Below are positions 1-9,277 of a stretch of 39,585 nucleotides of DNA, piece after piece; position 1 is the stretch's first letter; every line of letters starts with the position of its first letter. The notes beneath the pieces are model-generated. The model saw only the letters and a list, made by a program, of their open reading frames with translations. It was not told where the DNA came from and made no database searches. Source of the stretch: Thermoproteota archaeon (lineage in GTDB: Archaea; Korarchaeota; Korarchaeia; Korarchaeales; Korarchaeaceae); the NCBI GenBank assembly GCA_037917625.1, contig JAVCBY010000112.1, forward strand, positions 1 through 39,585, read 5' to 3'. Made by a program: the position numbers and the translations under genes.

Positions 1-568
1 AACTGTAGAATATGAGGATTAGGAGTATCCCGTAGAACCAACCGGGTATAGCTGATGTCGGAGAGAGGTATATCGTCAACTTATCTAGGAATGAACCGAA
101 GTTCCTCGATAGGTAGAGCCCACCAAAGAGACCTATGAAGAATATTATAACGGTCGCTGTAGTGAATAGGAGTATAGTTTGGGGGAGCCTCTCCAATATT
201 ATGAGTCTCACTAATCTGGAGCCCGTATCACTAGTCATATACATGGATCTGCCCAAGTCCAAGGTCAGGGCGTTCCATAGGTAGATGAGGCTCCTTATTG
301 GGAAAGGCTGATCCAATCCCCTTAGCCTTATCTCATTTTCGACGAGCCTTTCGATGAGCTTATTCCTCTCCTCAATACTCAAGCCCTTGTAGAGGGGGTT
401 AGCGCTTACCCTCTGTGCGACATTAAATTTTATATCGCTTATTAGTATCTCATCGACATATCCTCCAGCATTAGCTATTAATATCGTCAGATAAGTGACG
501 ATAATGACCATTAGGAAAAGGACGAAGCCCCTCTTTATTAGTACCTTAGCTAGTGGAGGTATCCTCAT
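1..568 (-). CDS. Peptide/oligopeptide ABC transporter permease (DppB/OppB type), runs off the window start
   Basis: Not in the ORF track. Manual translation from the ATG at 568 gives MRIPPLAKVLIKRGFVLFLMVIIVTYLTILIANAGG...GLDQPFPIRSLIYLWNALTLDLGRS...ERLPQTILLF. AGGTGAG SD upstream; directly follows the binding-protein gene. Confidence 0.88.
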   Translation of the reverse strand, partial: MRIPPLAKVLIKRGFVLFLMVIIVTYLTILIANAGGYVDEILISDIKFNVAQRVSANPLYKGLSIEERNKLIERLVENEIRLRGLDQPFPIRSLIYLWNALTLDLGRSMYMTSDTGSRLVRLIILERLPQTILLFTTATVIIFFIGLFGGLYLSRNFGSFLDKLTIYLSPTSAIPGWFYGILLILIFYS

Positions 569-585
569 GAGAACTCACCTTATGA

Positions 586-3180
586 TCAAGATATTAAAGT
601 ATCCTCGAGGGATATCTCATTCTCATCTACAGCTCCATTCCTGTTGGTGTCCTGCCACTTAACGACGATAGTACCAGCGTTCACCTTGTTCTTCAGTAAG
701 TAGAGAAATGCTGCCTCAGTACCGTATCTGCTCATGCCTGCAACGTAGAGATTCTTATCTATCAGTGTAGCTATACCGTAGTCCAGGCTACCGTACTTCG
801 ATTCGTACTTCTCTCCAGTTGGGAGGCTCAGGGTCTTGGAGTCCATCTTTATCCCTGCCTTCTCGAAGGCTACCCTCGTATGTATATTTGTAACGGGTCC
901 ACCGAGCACTAAGCTCACGCCAGATGGTCCAGTCAGCACCTCGGCGGCTGGGAAGTACTTAAGTATTATATTCTTATCGTAGCCTGTCCCAACCAACGTG
1001 TATGGGAATATCTTGAACTCCTCTATGTTCGTAGCTAGCTTCTCTATCTTATATGGCAGTGCCCTGATCGACCTTATCGTGCAAGTATGAGCTATCGCAT
1101 CAGCCGCAGCTAGGTAGTAGGGACCATCTGATATGAAGAAGTGCTTGTTCTTGCTGTAGAAGTCGCTTAAGAGGAAGTACCTCCTCTTAGCTTCTTCAAC
1201 TTTTATGTAATCCTTGAAGAAGTTCGGATATGGTATCAATCCCTCATTATAAGCCTTGTCCAAGTACTTCTTAAGTATCCCAAGACTGGGTCCCGCTATA
1301 TAATTCATCCACTCGATCTTCAGGGCATTAGATTTATCAGCGCTGAATGCAAGCTCTTTGTTCTCCTCAGCTAGCACGCCTATGAAGTAGGAGTGCCATG
1401 GCATAGAGGGCCACATCGTGTAACTCGCTACTATCAGCTCAGCATCTAGATGTATATAATCGACGTAATACTCTATGATCAGAGGATCCGTGCTGACTAT
1501 CCTCCACGCCTTGAACTGCTCATATACGGAGCTCAGATAACCAACTACGGATTCATCGTATATCTTGCTCTCCGGATTCATCCTCTCGTGATCTACTACA
1601 TATCCGAATATGAAGTCAGCTAGGGATCTAGTGGAGCCATCATGATAAGCTACTTTGCCCAGGACTGGGCCATAATTGACTACGAACTTAACTTTAGCTT
1701 CAGTTACATTAGCCTCCTCTGCTGTGATCATACGCTGCTCCTTGATGTTCCATGAGGCCCAAGCTTTTGAAGGTACTTTAACGCTATCCACCCACTTCAA
1801 CGTGAGCCAGTACTTGCTTTCTTCATTCTGGTGCGTTGGGGTTCCCTTAACGACTTCCATATACACACTCTTCACGTTAAGAGGTATAGGTAAACCTGTC
1901 TGTGGGTGAAGCAGGAAAGCTGAATCTTGGAGAGCATATCCATATATCATCATATCGTAGATCCAGTTCGAAGCTCCGGCGTTAGGTCCAGCCGGGTTCC
2001 AAGGATCTATTATGACTTCAGCACTCGATATCCTCGCAGTCCCTCCTACCTTGCCCTTATTCGCTGTGAAAGCCCATGATGCTGCAGCGTAACCTGCGGC
2101 ATAATCCGCTACTAAGTTTATCCCCTTCCTGCGAGCCCATACAGCTGTCTGATCCACTATCCATAATCTGACGCTGTCCTCTATGGCCATCTTAATGGCT
2201 TTCCTCATCATCTGATCTCTCTCCTCTATCGTCTTGAACTTCTTCATGGCTAGCTTATTCGCTATATCCCTGAACTCCGGATCAGGAGTGTAGGCGCGCC
2301 AGAGCGGGCTCCAGGCCATCCCACTATCTTGAGTGTAAAAGAACTGGAAGTTATCCGAATCGTCCCTGCTTACAGCCGTCGTTATCCATCCTCCTGTGTA
2401 GAGATGCCACTTACCTTCAGCTGGGTCTCCCCTTATCCAAAGAGGTGATGCCTCTCTGCTCGTTTTGTACATCCTATCGACAGTAAAACCTAGTCTCTCC
2501 AACTGGTTTGAGATGTAATCTCCTATAGCCCTTCTGGCATCCTCAACCCTTATTATGAAGTGTAGTGTGACGGGCTTACCCTTATAGTACCACTTCCCTC
2601 CTACTAACTCCGCGCCCATCTTCTTCATCTCGCTCTCTATGATAGCCTTCCCCTTCTCGAAATCGTAAGCGTACTTACTCTCTATCTTACTTATCTCATC
2701 GAGATATCTCTGTCCTTCTGGAAGTAATTTGATGAACGGGACGAACTTGGGCATAGCTAAGCCGCCCATTATCTCATTGACTATGTAATTCCTGTCAATT
2801 ATGTAGTTCATAGCCTCCCTTATCTTCTTGTTACTGAATGGGTTGAGCTCCCCTGTCTTCGGGAAAGTCGGACCGACTGGATTGAAAGTTAGATCGTAGT
2901 AGAGCCCGAAGGAGAAATCATAAGCTAGTTCGGGGCTCTGCTTTATCTTCCTGTAGAGATCGGGCTCCGAAAGGTCTATGAAGTATACATCCATATCGCC
3001 CTTTATCATCATTTCCACTGCCTTCGCATGATCGCGCTCGCCGAAGAAGACTATCGAGTCAAACCAGCCATACTTGTTCGGTTTGAACTCAACTGGCGCT
3101 GCTGAAACGGGACTGAATGCTGGGAGCAAGAGCGCTATTAGTATAGCGGATAGGATGAGGCACATCACATTCCTACTCAT
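586..3180 (-). CDS. Family 5 (DppA/OppA-like) ABC substrate-binding protein with C-terminal S-layer-like domain
   Basis: Signal peptide; NPFSNKKIREAMNYIIDR and YAYDFEKGK-type family 5 segments; C-terminal LVLGGPVTN...VAGMSRYGTEAA...WQDTNRNGAVDENEI. Confidence 0.85.
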   Translation of the reverse strand: MSRNVMCLILSAILIALLLPAFSPVSAAPVEFKPNKYGWFDSIVFFGERDHAKAVEMMIKGDMDVYFIDLSEPDLYRKIKQSPELAYDFSFGLYYDLTFNPVGPTFPKTGELNPFSNKKIREAMNYIIDRNYIVNEIMGGLAMPKFVPFIKLLPEGQRYLDEISKIESKYAYDFEKGKAIIESEMKKMGAELVGGKWYYKGKPVTLHFIIRVEDARRAIGDYISNQLERLGFTVDRMYKTSREASPLWIRGDPAEGKWHLYTGGWITTAVSRDDSDNFQFFYTQDSGMAWSPLWRAYTPDPEFRDIANKLAMKKFKTIEERDQMMRKAIKMAIEDSVRLWIVDQTAVWARRKGINLVADYAAGYAAASWAFTANKGKVGGTARISSAEVIIDPWNPAGPNAGASNWIYDMMIYGYALQDSAFLLHPQTGLPIPLNVKSVYMEVVKGTPTHQNEESKYWLTLKWVDSVKVPSKAWASWNIKEQRMITAEEANVTEAKVKFVVNYGPVLGKVAYHDGSTRSLADFIFGYVVDHERMNPESKIYDESVVGYLSSVYEQFKAWRIVSTDPLIIEYYVDYIHLDAELIVASYTMWPSMPWHSYFIGVLAEENKELAFSADKSNALKIEWMNYIAGPSLGILKKYLDKAYNEGLIPYPNFFKDYIKVEEAKRRYFLLSDFYSKNKHFFISDGPYYLAAADAIAHTCTIRSIRALPYKIEKLATNIEEFKIFPYTLVGTGYDKNIILKYFPAAEVLTGPSGVSLVLGGPVTNIHTRVAFEKAGIKMDSKTLSLPTGEKYESKYGSLDYGIATLIDKNLYVAGMSRYGTEAAFLYLLKNKVNAGTIVVKWQDTNRNGAVDENEISLEDTLIS

Positions 3181-3379
3181 ACCATCACCCCTGAGGGGCT
3201 AGGAGTAGTAAAAGATGTCATACTTATAAAACTTTCCCTCGGCCCTCCCTTCAATTTCATTTCACTTAAATTCCCGAAAAAAATTCAACAATAATTGGGC
3301 TCCTCGTCAGGAGTGATTGAATCCGAGGACGTTTAAGTCGCTTCGAAGAGGGACTCATGAGGATCTCCATCAGTGAGAT

Positions 3380-3808
3380 CTATTCCTTCAACCGCTCAAG
3401 TATCCCACTCCTCTCCCTCATCTCATCGTAATCCCTGCACACCAGATCTATCGCCTCCTTATACTTCCCCTTCATATTCACTCCCGAGCTCTTATAAAGC
3501 CCCTTCCTCCTCACTCGATAGCATACCTCACACGTGAGTAATGATATCTCATATTTATCCAGATCGCCCTTAACTAACCCCTCAGCGATCCTCCTAACTA
3601 TTTTCATTATGTCCTCATCTGAGCTAAAGTCCATTATCCTCCCCCTTGCTCCCCTCATGTACTGACTTATGGCAGCTTGCGTGACCCCCAGTAAGTTAGC
3701 TACATCCATCTGCCTCAAGCCGTGCTTCTCTATGAGCTCTCTCGAGACAGCTGCCCTGACGGAAGGTATCAGGGTCTTCACAATTACTTCACACGGTTGT
3801 ATCAGCAT
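3380..3808 (-). CDS. Archaeal XRE-like HTH transcriptional regulator (COG2522-like)
   Basis: PCE N-terminus, HTH LRQMDVANLLGVTQAAISQYMRGARG, CEVC motif. Confidence 0.8.
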   Translation of the reverse strand: MLIQPCEVIVKTLIPSVRAAVSRELIEKHGLRQMDVANLLGVTQAAISQYMRGARGRIMDFSSDEDIMKIVRRIAEGLVKGDLDKYEISLLTCEVCYRVRRKGLYKSSGVNMKGKYKEAIDLVCRDYDEMRERSGILERLKE

Positions 3809-3832
3809 CTCGATAACGATAGCATTTTCAAA

Positions 3833-4933
3833 TTATAATGATTCCGATTCTATGGAGAGCAGTGGCTTATTGACGCTTCTCAAGTCCTTGATCATCTGGG
3901 GCATGACAGCCCAAGTGCTGTGGAGGAGCACTTCCTCCCATTCCGAGTTAACGAGGCCCATTGAAATCGCTGATAGCAGTATCCTATCGAAATCCCTCTC
4001 CTTAGAGAGTTTCAACTCATCACTGAGTAACTCAATTATTTTGAGGGCGATGATAGATTCCTCCATCCTCTCAGCTAGCTTACCCTTGCTCAGGGAAGCT
4101 GGCATCCTAGCTAAGCTGATGAGCTCTGAGCTCAGATCCCCTAAGATCTTAGATGATAGGAAGGATATCTCAGCCTCTACCTCCATTAAAGCCAATCTCT
4201 CATCATCTAAAGGTAGGTCCTTAGCCACTATCTCAGCCTCCTTATCTAAAGCTTCCTGAAGCCTAGATCTCCCAGACTCTAGGAAGTCTAAAGCTTCGCT
4301 CTTTATGGAGTTGAAGCACTTCCATCTAGATAGTTCTATCGGCTCCTCCGGAATCAGTTCATCTGGATCGAAGCTAGCATCCTCCTTGGATAGCATGGCA
4401 TCCAACACTTCATCCATCTCGAAGAAGACAAGGGCTTCCCTTATAGCAGAAGCTGGATCATCTGCAGCATGTATTATATTTAGGGCTCTATTAGCTCCCT
4501 TCATATCATACCTCAAGTTCCCGGGCTTCCCAGCTTCTGGAGTAGTAGGTCCTATGAGTTCCCTGAGCTCGGAGCAAGACTCCCCCTCTGACTCGCTGAC
4601 CAACATCACAGCAACCACGGGAGCTTGGCTGAAGACCTTGGGCATTATCCACCAAGAATCCCTGTATCTCTGCTTCACGAACATGTAAAGCTCATCTATC
4701 ATCGGAGGATCCATCTCAGTCAGCTTTATAGCCCCTATTATGAAGTTCTCCTTGAGCCTCTCAACTATCTCCGGCGCCAAGCCCCTGGCGAAAGCATCAG
4801 GCTTTATCATAGCGAATGAGAAATATGGAAGGGATCTTATGTGCTCATCATCGGCTTCAGATAAGAACCTCTCCCTCAAATCCATGAATACCTGCCTCTC
4901 TATAGGATCCCTCCTCTCGAAGTAAGAGCTCAT
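3833..4933 (-). CDS. Nucleoside-diphosphate kinase domain protein with ~190 aa helical C-terminal extension
   Basis: MIKPDA, LRELIGPTTP, PGNLR, NIIHAAD (canonical NxxHGSD), REALVFF. ATGA overlap with the aglB stop. Confidence 0.75.
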   Translation of the reverse strand: MSSYFERRDPIERQVFMDLRERFLSEADDEHIRSLPYFSFAMIKPDAFARGLAPEIVERLKENFIIGAIKLTEMDPPMIDELYMFVKQRYRDSWWIMPKVFSQAPVVAVMLVSESEGESCSELRELIGPTTPEAGKPGNLRYDMKGANRALNIIHAADDPASAIREALVFFEMDEVLDAMLSKEDASFDPDELIPEEPIELSRWKCFNSIKSEALDFLESGRSRLQEALDKEAEIVAKDLPLDDERLALMEVEAEISFLSSKILGDLSSELISLARMPASLSKGKLAERMEESIIALKIIELLSDELKLSKERDFDRILLSAISMGLVNSEWEEVLLHSTWAVMPQMIKDLRSVNKPLLSIESESL

Positions 4934-6951
4934 CCTCCCTTCACCTTGAATATAGCTACCTCAACGTACCCCTGATTCTTACCCAAGTGAACGAGCTCGA
5001 AGTAGTTCATCTTACCGAAGCCTATAGATGCTAGGGCCATCTTGTAGAGGGTGGTGTTGAGGGCGTAATCAGTCGGTATGTACCTCCCCGACATACTATC
5101 ATAGTAGAAGAACTTCCTCAAGTCCTGGGTGAGCCATTTGCTGGATTCATCCGATCTATAAGGGCTATGCTGGAACTCCCCCGCTATCCAAGCTATAGCT
5201 ATCCACTTCCCCCCTCCCTGGAAGTTCCCAACTTCCGCGGGGACATCTACGACCACGTAACTCGCGTTCATCCTGCTAGCTAAATCTAGCATCCTCTCCT
5301 CGGGTCCCATGAAGCCCTTGGCGATTAGGGCTATCTGACTGGAGTTTATAGTCAAGCCATCAGCTATCGTGACCTTCCCCGAGCCGAACTGCATCCAGTA
5401 ACCGTAGTCCCACCAGGATATAGCTATCTCATCAGACTTAGTGTTATTCTTCAACCAGTTAAGGGCGTCGATCCATCCCTCGCTGAAGCCCAAAGGGTAG
5501 TTCATCGCTTCCTCATATGATAGAGCGTAACTGTAGAAAGATCCTCCGTACTCCCTTATGTGTCCTTGGAGCGATACGGGGAGTATTACGAGGATTAAAA
5601 TGAGGATTATCGGCACTCTTAACATGTATATCTTCCTTTTGAGGGGAAGAGAAGCTCCTCTCCTCTCCTTAGATCTCTCTAGAGCCCTAACTTTTTTAAT
5701 ATATGGCTCGGAGAACATGAGGAGCCTCTGAGTGAAGTAACCCGCGCATAAGGCTAGGAAGGGAGCCGCTAGAGGAGGGAGCCTCACTATGCTGACCGCG
5801 AAGTATAGGGAAATCAAAGTCATTAAAGTAAGCATCAGCTCCTCATCCCTCCTCCATCTCTCTATTATTAGGAAGAAGAGACCCAAAGAAGCTGGAATGA
5901 GGAGAGTGGTGAAGGATTCGAAGCTCTCACCAGCTCCATGCTCAGCTACAGTCTCAACCACATTCCCCTGAGGCAGCTTGACTAAGGGGAAGAGCACCCT
6001 CATGAGCCTACCTGTCAAGGGCTGATATATACCGAGGCCCAGGAATATGGCGAGGAGGGCGACGCCAGCTATTATGGATACCTCCCTCCTCCTCACTAAC
6101 TTGGGGATCCTCCCAGAGAGCAAGTAGACGAGAGCTGCGAGTAGGGATGCCCATACTAAAGTGCTCTCGAAACTCATGTAGAGCTTCCTGTAAGCTAAAT
6201 TAGGTAGAGCACCGAATGAAGCTATGAGGACGTAGAGAGGAGGAATTCCCAATGCTAAAGCTTTCCTCCAATTCAACCTATTTAAGAGGAGCAATATGAA
6301 TAGGATGAGAGCGTATCCATCATAAAGAGCCCTGAAGCCAGCCCATACACCGGAGGCATATACTAAGAAGGCCCCGCTTAAGCCTGAGTATATTATGGCT
6401 TTCCAGTCCTCATCTGATCTCATCGCTTTCAGCGTGAAATAGAGAGATGCCATTAGAAGAGGGATCGCGAACTGCTCATGCCTGTACCAGCCTGCTAGAG
6501 ATCTGCTTAGGTAAGCCCAGGATAGGGAGATTGAGAAAGCTGAGATCATGGCAGCTGCCCTCCCCCAGAGCTCCTTAGCTGTCAGGTAGAGGGGGATGAC
6601 GATGAGGGGCGCGAAGAAAGCTGGGATGTAGACGACCACCGTATAAAGATCTTTGAAGCCGAAGAGGGAGACTAGCTTATATATAGCTGCCCCAGTGTAA
6701 TAGTGAAGGACTGGCAGTACTTCAGTAGGATTGTAGCTCCATGGGTGCCAAGAGAGGGGATCGTAACTCGGTAGATGGCCCGTCTTAATTAAGTAATCGG
6801 TTATCCTGTAATGGAGGAGGGGATCGTCTGCCGTTAAGTTAGCCCCGTACTTGAAAGTCGGGAGGATGCGGATGAATGCTCCGAGGGAATATGATAGTGT
6901 TAAAGTCAAGATATCCGTAATTAGTCCCCTCATCCTTCTCTCATCCGCCAA
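4930..6951 (-). CDS. aglB: Oligosaccharyltransferase AglB (STT3 family)
   Basis: Multi-TM N-terminus, DDPLLHYR, TVAEH, SWWDYGYW and ADG motifs. Confidence 0.92.
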   Translation of the reverse strand: MADERRMRGLITDILTLTLSYSLGAFIRILPTFKYGANLTADDPLLHYRITDYLIKTGHLPSYDPLSWHPWSYNPTEVLPVLHYYTGAAIYKLVSLFGFKDLYTVVVYIPAFFAPLIVIPLYLTAKELWGRAAAMISAFSISLSWAYLSRSLAGWYRHEQFAIPLLMASLYFTLKAMRSDEDWKAIIYSGLSGAFLVYASGVWAGFRALYDGYALILFILLLLNRLNWRKALALGIPPLYVLIASFGALPNLAYRKLYMSFESTLVWASLLAALVYLLSGRIPKLVRRREVSIIAGVALLAIFLGLGIYQPLTGRLMRVLFPLVKLPQGNVVETVAEHGAGESFESFTTLLIPASLGLFFLIIERWRRDEELMLTLMTLISLYFAVSIVRLPPLAAPFLALCAGYFTQRLLMFSEPYIKKVRALERSKERRGASLPLKRKIYMLRVPIILILILVILPVSLQGHIREYGGSFYSYALSYEEAMNYPLGFSEGWIDALNWLKNNTKSDEIAISWWDYGYWMQFGSGKVTIADGLTINSSQIALIAKGFMGPEERMLDLASRMNASYVVVDVPAEVGNFQGGGKWIAIAWIAGEFQHSPYRSDESSKWLTQDLRKFFYYDSMSGRYIPTDYALNTTLYKMALASIGFGKMNYFELVHLGKNQGYVEVAIFKVKGG

Positions 6952-7031
6952 AGCGTTCCACCTCAGATGAGCTGAGGTCCCTTTATAAAAAATTTACCCG
7001 AGGCTTGTACGGGATCTGAGATGGAATACTT

Positions 7032-7288
7032 GTGAGCTACCCACCCCTGAAGGGTGTGGGCTTCCAGCGTTTAGAGTAGGCTTTGCGCCTACCTCCTCAT
7101 CTGCTGGTTCGAGGGGCTCACATCTCCTCCATCCCATAGAGCTCGTTACCCCATGGGCTATTCTCATTTATCCACCTCAGCAGATGCTTCATAGGTCATC
7201 GGAACATCCTCAAACTAATTGGGCTCTTTAGTTTTTAAATTTTCGCATTCATCTCACTCGAATGGCGTGGGTTTTCCGGCGAAAACTT
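7032..7288 (-). mobile_element. Non-autonomous IS200/IS605-family (IS1341/tnpB-type) element, PATE-like, with probable omega-RNA scaffold
   Basis: Minus-strand right end GGAAGCCCACACCCTTCAGGGGTGGGTAGCTCAC; degenerate copy of the same subterminal palindrome at ~7247-7277; internal stems; no transposase ORF. Ends approximate. Confidence 0.75.
7232..7245 (-). promoter_or_regulatory. BRE+TATA promoter inside the IS remnant
   Basis: Minus strand reads CGAAAATTTAAAAA. Confidence 0.55.
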
Positions 7289-7314
7289 ATAATATAAACC
7301 TAAAACTTCCCATT

Positions 7315-8325
7315 ATGATATTCAGAGCTGTAACTCTCCACTTAAGGGATCCCGAGCTCTATTCCTCTTATTCCGATTACCTAATAAAGCTATCCTCTAA
7401 GCTCAACTCACTCTCCTCGAGAGTAGTGCTCCCCAGAGCTTATGATGAAGTCGACTTGGATCTCAAGGCTGTCTATTCTGGGGAGGGATCCGGGGCATTT
7501 AAAATAGCGTGGGATCTCCTCAAAGAGGGATACTTCACCTCAATATCTCTGAGTAGCGATTCCTCTGAGATCTATAGGGCTTCGGAGTTTCTCTTCAGGG
7601 TATCTGAGGAGCTGGGGCCCGAGTATGCGACTATGTTCGCCTTAGGATCAGGGAAGCCACCAGAAACACCCTACTTCCCACTAACTAAATCTGAAAATTT
7701 CGGATTGAGCTTCTCCCTCCTCTACCCATCCGATCTCTACGGGGCCTTAATTGAAGCTGAGGAGCCACATTTAACGCTCATGTATGCGCTCTCTAGGGTA
7801 TTCAGGGAGGCTACTCATAGGGTGGAGAGGGCCATAGAGGAACTAGGCGAAGCTATTCCAATACTAGGGATCGATTTCTCCTTAAGCCCTTGGATGGAGG
7901 AGAGCGCAGCTAAGGTAGTCAGCTTAGTCGCGAGATCTCCATTCTTAAGCCCTGGCACGCCATCAGCTCTCTTAGAGATAAACGAGGCTATTATGGAATC
8001 ATCAGAGGGGATGAAGAGGATCGGTTTCAACGAGACGATGCTGCCGATGGCGGAAGATGACCTCCTGAAGGAGTTATCATTAAAACTCGAGATTAGAGCT
8101 AGGGATTTAGCTCTCCTCACACCTTATTGCTTAGCAGGTCTCGATATGGTAGTACTTCCCTTGAGCGTCGGTAGAGATGATGTAGCAAAGCTGATAAGAG
8201 ATTTAATCGCATCTAGCCGCGTCAAGAATAGGACTATAGGCCTCAGGATGATCTTAGTGGATGCCGAACCCGGGGATTATTTTGAGTTCAAGAGGTTCGG
8301 GAAGGTCCCTGTGATGATGCTCTAG
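7315..8325 (+). CDS. DUF711/UPF0210-related protein (divergent paralog)
   Basis: GIDFSLSPW, GFNETMLPMAEDDLL, CLAGLDMVVLP, IGLRMI match the C-terminal motifs of the paralog at 9594-10967. Start moved to ATG 7315, about 25 nt after CGAAAACTTATAA. Confidence 0.75.
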   Translation: MIFRAVTLHLRDPELYSSYSDYLIKLSSKLNSLSSRVVLPRAYDEVDLDLKAVYSGEGSGAFKIAWDLLKEGYFTSISLSSDSSEIYRASEFLFRVSEELGPEYATMFALGSGKPPETPYFPLTKSENFGLSFSLLYPSDLYGALIEAEEPHLTLMYALSRVFREATHRVERAIEELGEAIPILGIDFSLSPWMEESAAKVVSLVARSPFLSPGTPSALLEINEAIMESSEGMKRIGFNETMLPMAEDDLLKELSLKLEIRARDLALLTPYCLAGLDMVVLPLSVGRDDVAKLIRDLIASSRVKNRTIGLRMILVDAEPGDYFEFKRFGKVPVMML

Positions 8326-9277
8326 CGTAAGCTCCTCCGAATATCCTATCGTTTATATCTACGGCAGCCCTCACACCATCCCCAACGGCTTTCGCTATCT
8401 GCAATGGCTCCCCAGTGACATCACCGACAGCATAAACACCTGGTATGTTTGTCCTTTGCCAGCAATCTACCTTTATGAATCCCCTCTCACCCGTCTCCAC
8501 TCCAGCCTCCCTAGCTATCCCACTCCTAGGTTCCACCCCTATCAGTATGAAGACACCATCAGCTTCGATGAAGCTCTCCTCCCCGCTCTCCAAGTTCCTG
8601 ACTTTTGCTCCCTCTACTCTGCTCTCCCCAACTATAGCTGTCAGAACGCTATTGAATAGGAACTTCACGTTCTCCTTGCTCATCAAGTTATCCACTAACG
8701 CCCTCTCAGCTCTCATCGAGGATCTCCTGTGGACTAAGATAACCTCTCTAGTGATCTTAGATAAGTAGATAGATGATACAGCAGCTGTGTTTCCACCTCC
8801 AACTACTATAACCCTCTTCCCCTTGAAGAGAGGACCGTCACAGACAGCACAGTAGCTAACGCCTTTCCCAAAGAGCTCCTCCTCCCCAGGTACCCCAAGC
8901 TTCCTCTCCTCAGCTCCCGTGGCTATAACTACAGCTCTAGCTTGAAACTCCTTGCCCGAGCTCGTATAAACTCTCTTGAGCTCTCCAGTTAACTCGAGCT
9001 TAACGACCTCCTCAGGCGAGAGTATCTTAGCCCCTGACTTGAGGGCATGATCATGCATCCTCCTCGCTAACTCCTCCCCGCTTATCGATTCAAAGCCAGG
9101 ATAGTTCTCTATAACGGGGTTCACATTGATCTTACCACCAGGCATGCTTTTCTCAATGACTAAAACCTTTAGCCCATATCTAGCTAAGTAAATAGCTGCC
9201 GTCAGGCCTCCAGGACCGCCTCCAACGATTATAACGTCATTATCCCTCTCCACTCTCGCTTGAGGCATGAAGAACAT
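8288..9277 (-). CDS. trxB: Thioredoxin reductase
   Basis: GGGPGG FAD motif, GVSYCAVCDG, GGGNTA, GVYAVGD. Confidence 0.92.
   Translation of the reverse strand: MFFMPQARVERDNDVIIVGGGPGGLTAAIYLARYGLKVLVIEKSMPGGKINVNPVIENYPGFESISGEELARRMHDHALKSGAKILSPEEVVKLELTGELKRVYTSSGKEFQARAVVIATGAEERKLGVPGEEELFGKGVSYCAVCDGPLFKGKRVIVVGGGNTAAVSSIYLSKITREVILVHRRSSMRAERALVDNLMSKENVKFLFNSVLTAIVGESRVEGAKVRNLESGEESFIEADGVFILIGVEPRSGIAREAGVETGERGFIKVDCWQRTNIPGVYAVGDVTGEPLQIAKAVGDGVRAAVDINDRIFGGAYARASSQGPSRTS

Noticed and set aside
3300-3379. Possible C/D box sRNA (GTGATTGA...TGA)
   Set aside because: No canonical RUGAUGA/CUGA pair.
3669-4259. 196-aa plus-strand ORF and similar long antisense ORFs (9667-10344, 14301-14837, 4305-4688 and others)
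   Set aside because: Ser/Leu/Ile-rich shadows of well-supported opposite-strand genes, with no motifs.
6957-7180. 10-nt direct repeat TCCACCTCAG (6957-6966 and 7171-7180)
   Set aside because: Both copies are largely explained as minus-strand SD sequences (GAGGTGG).
7219-7314. N-terminal extension of the DUF711 ORF
   Set aside because: It runs through the IS end and the promoter; ATG 7315 is the better start.
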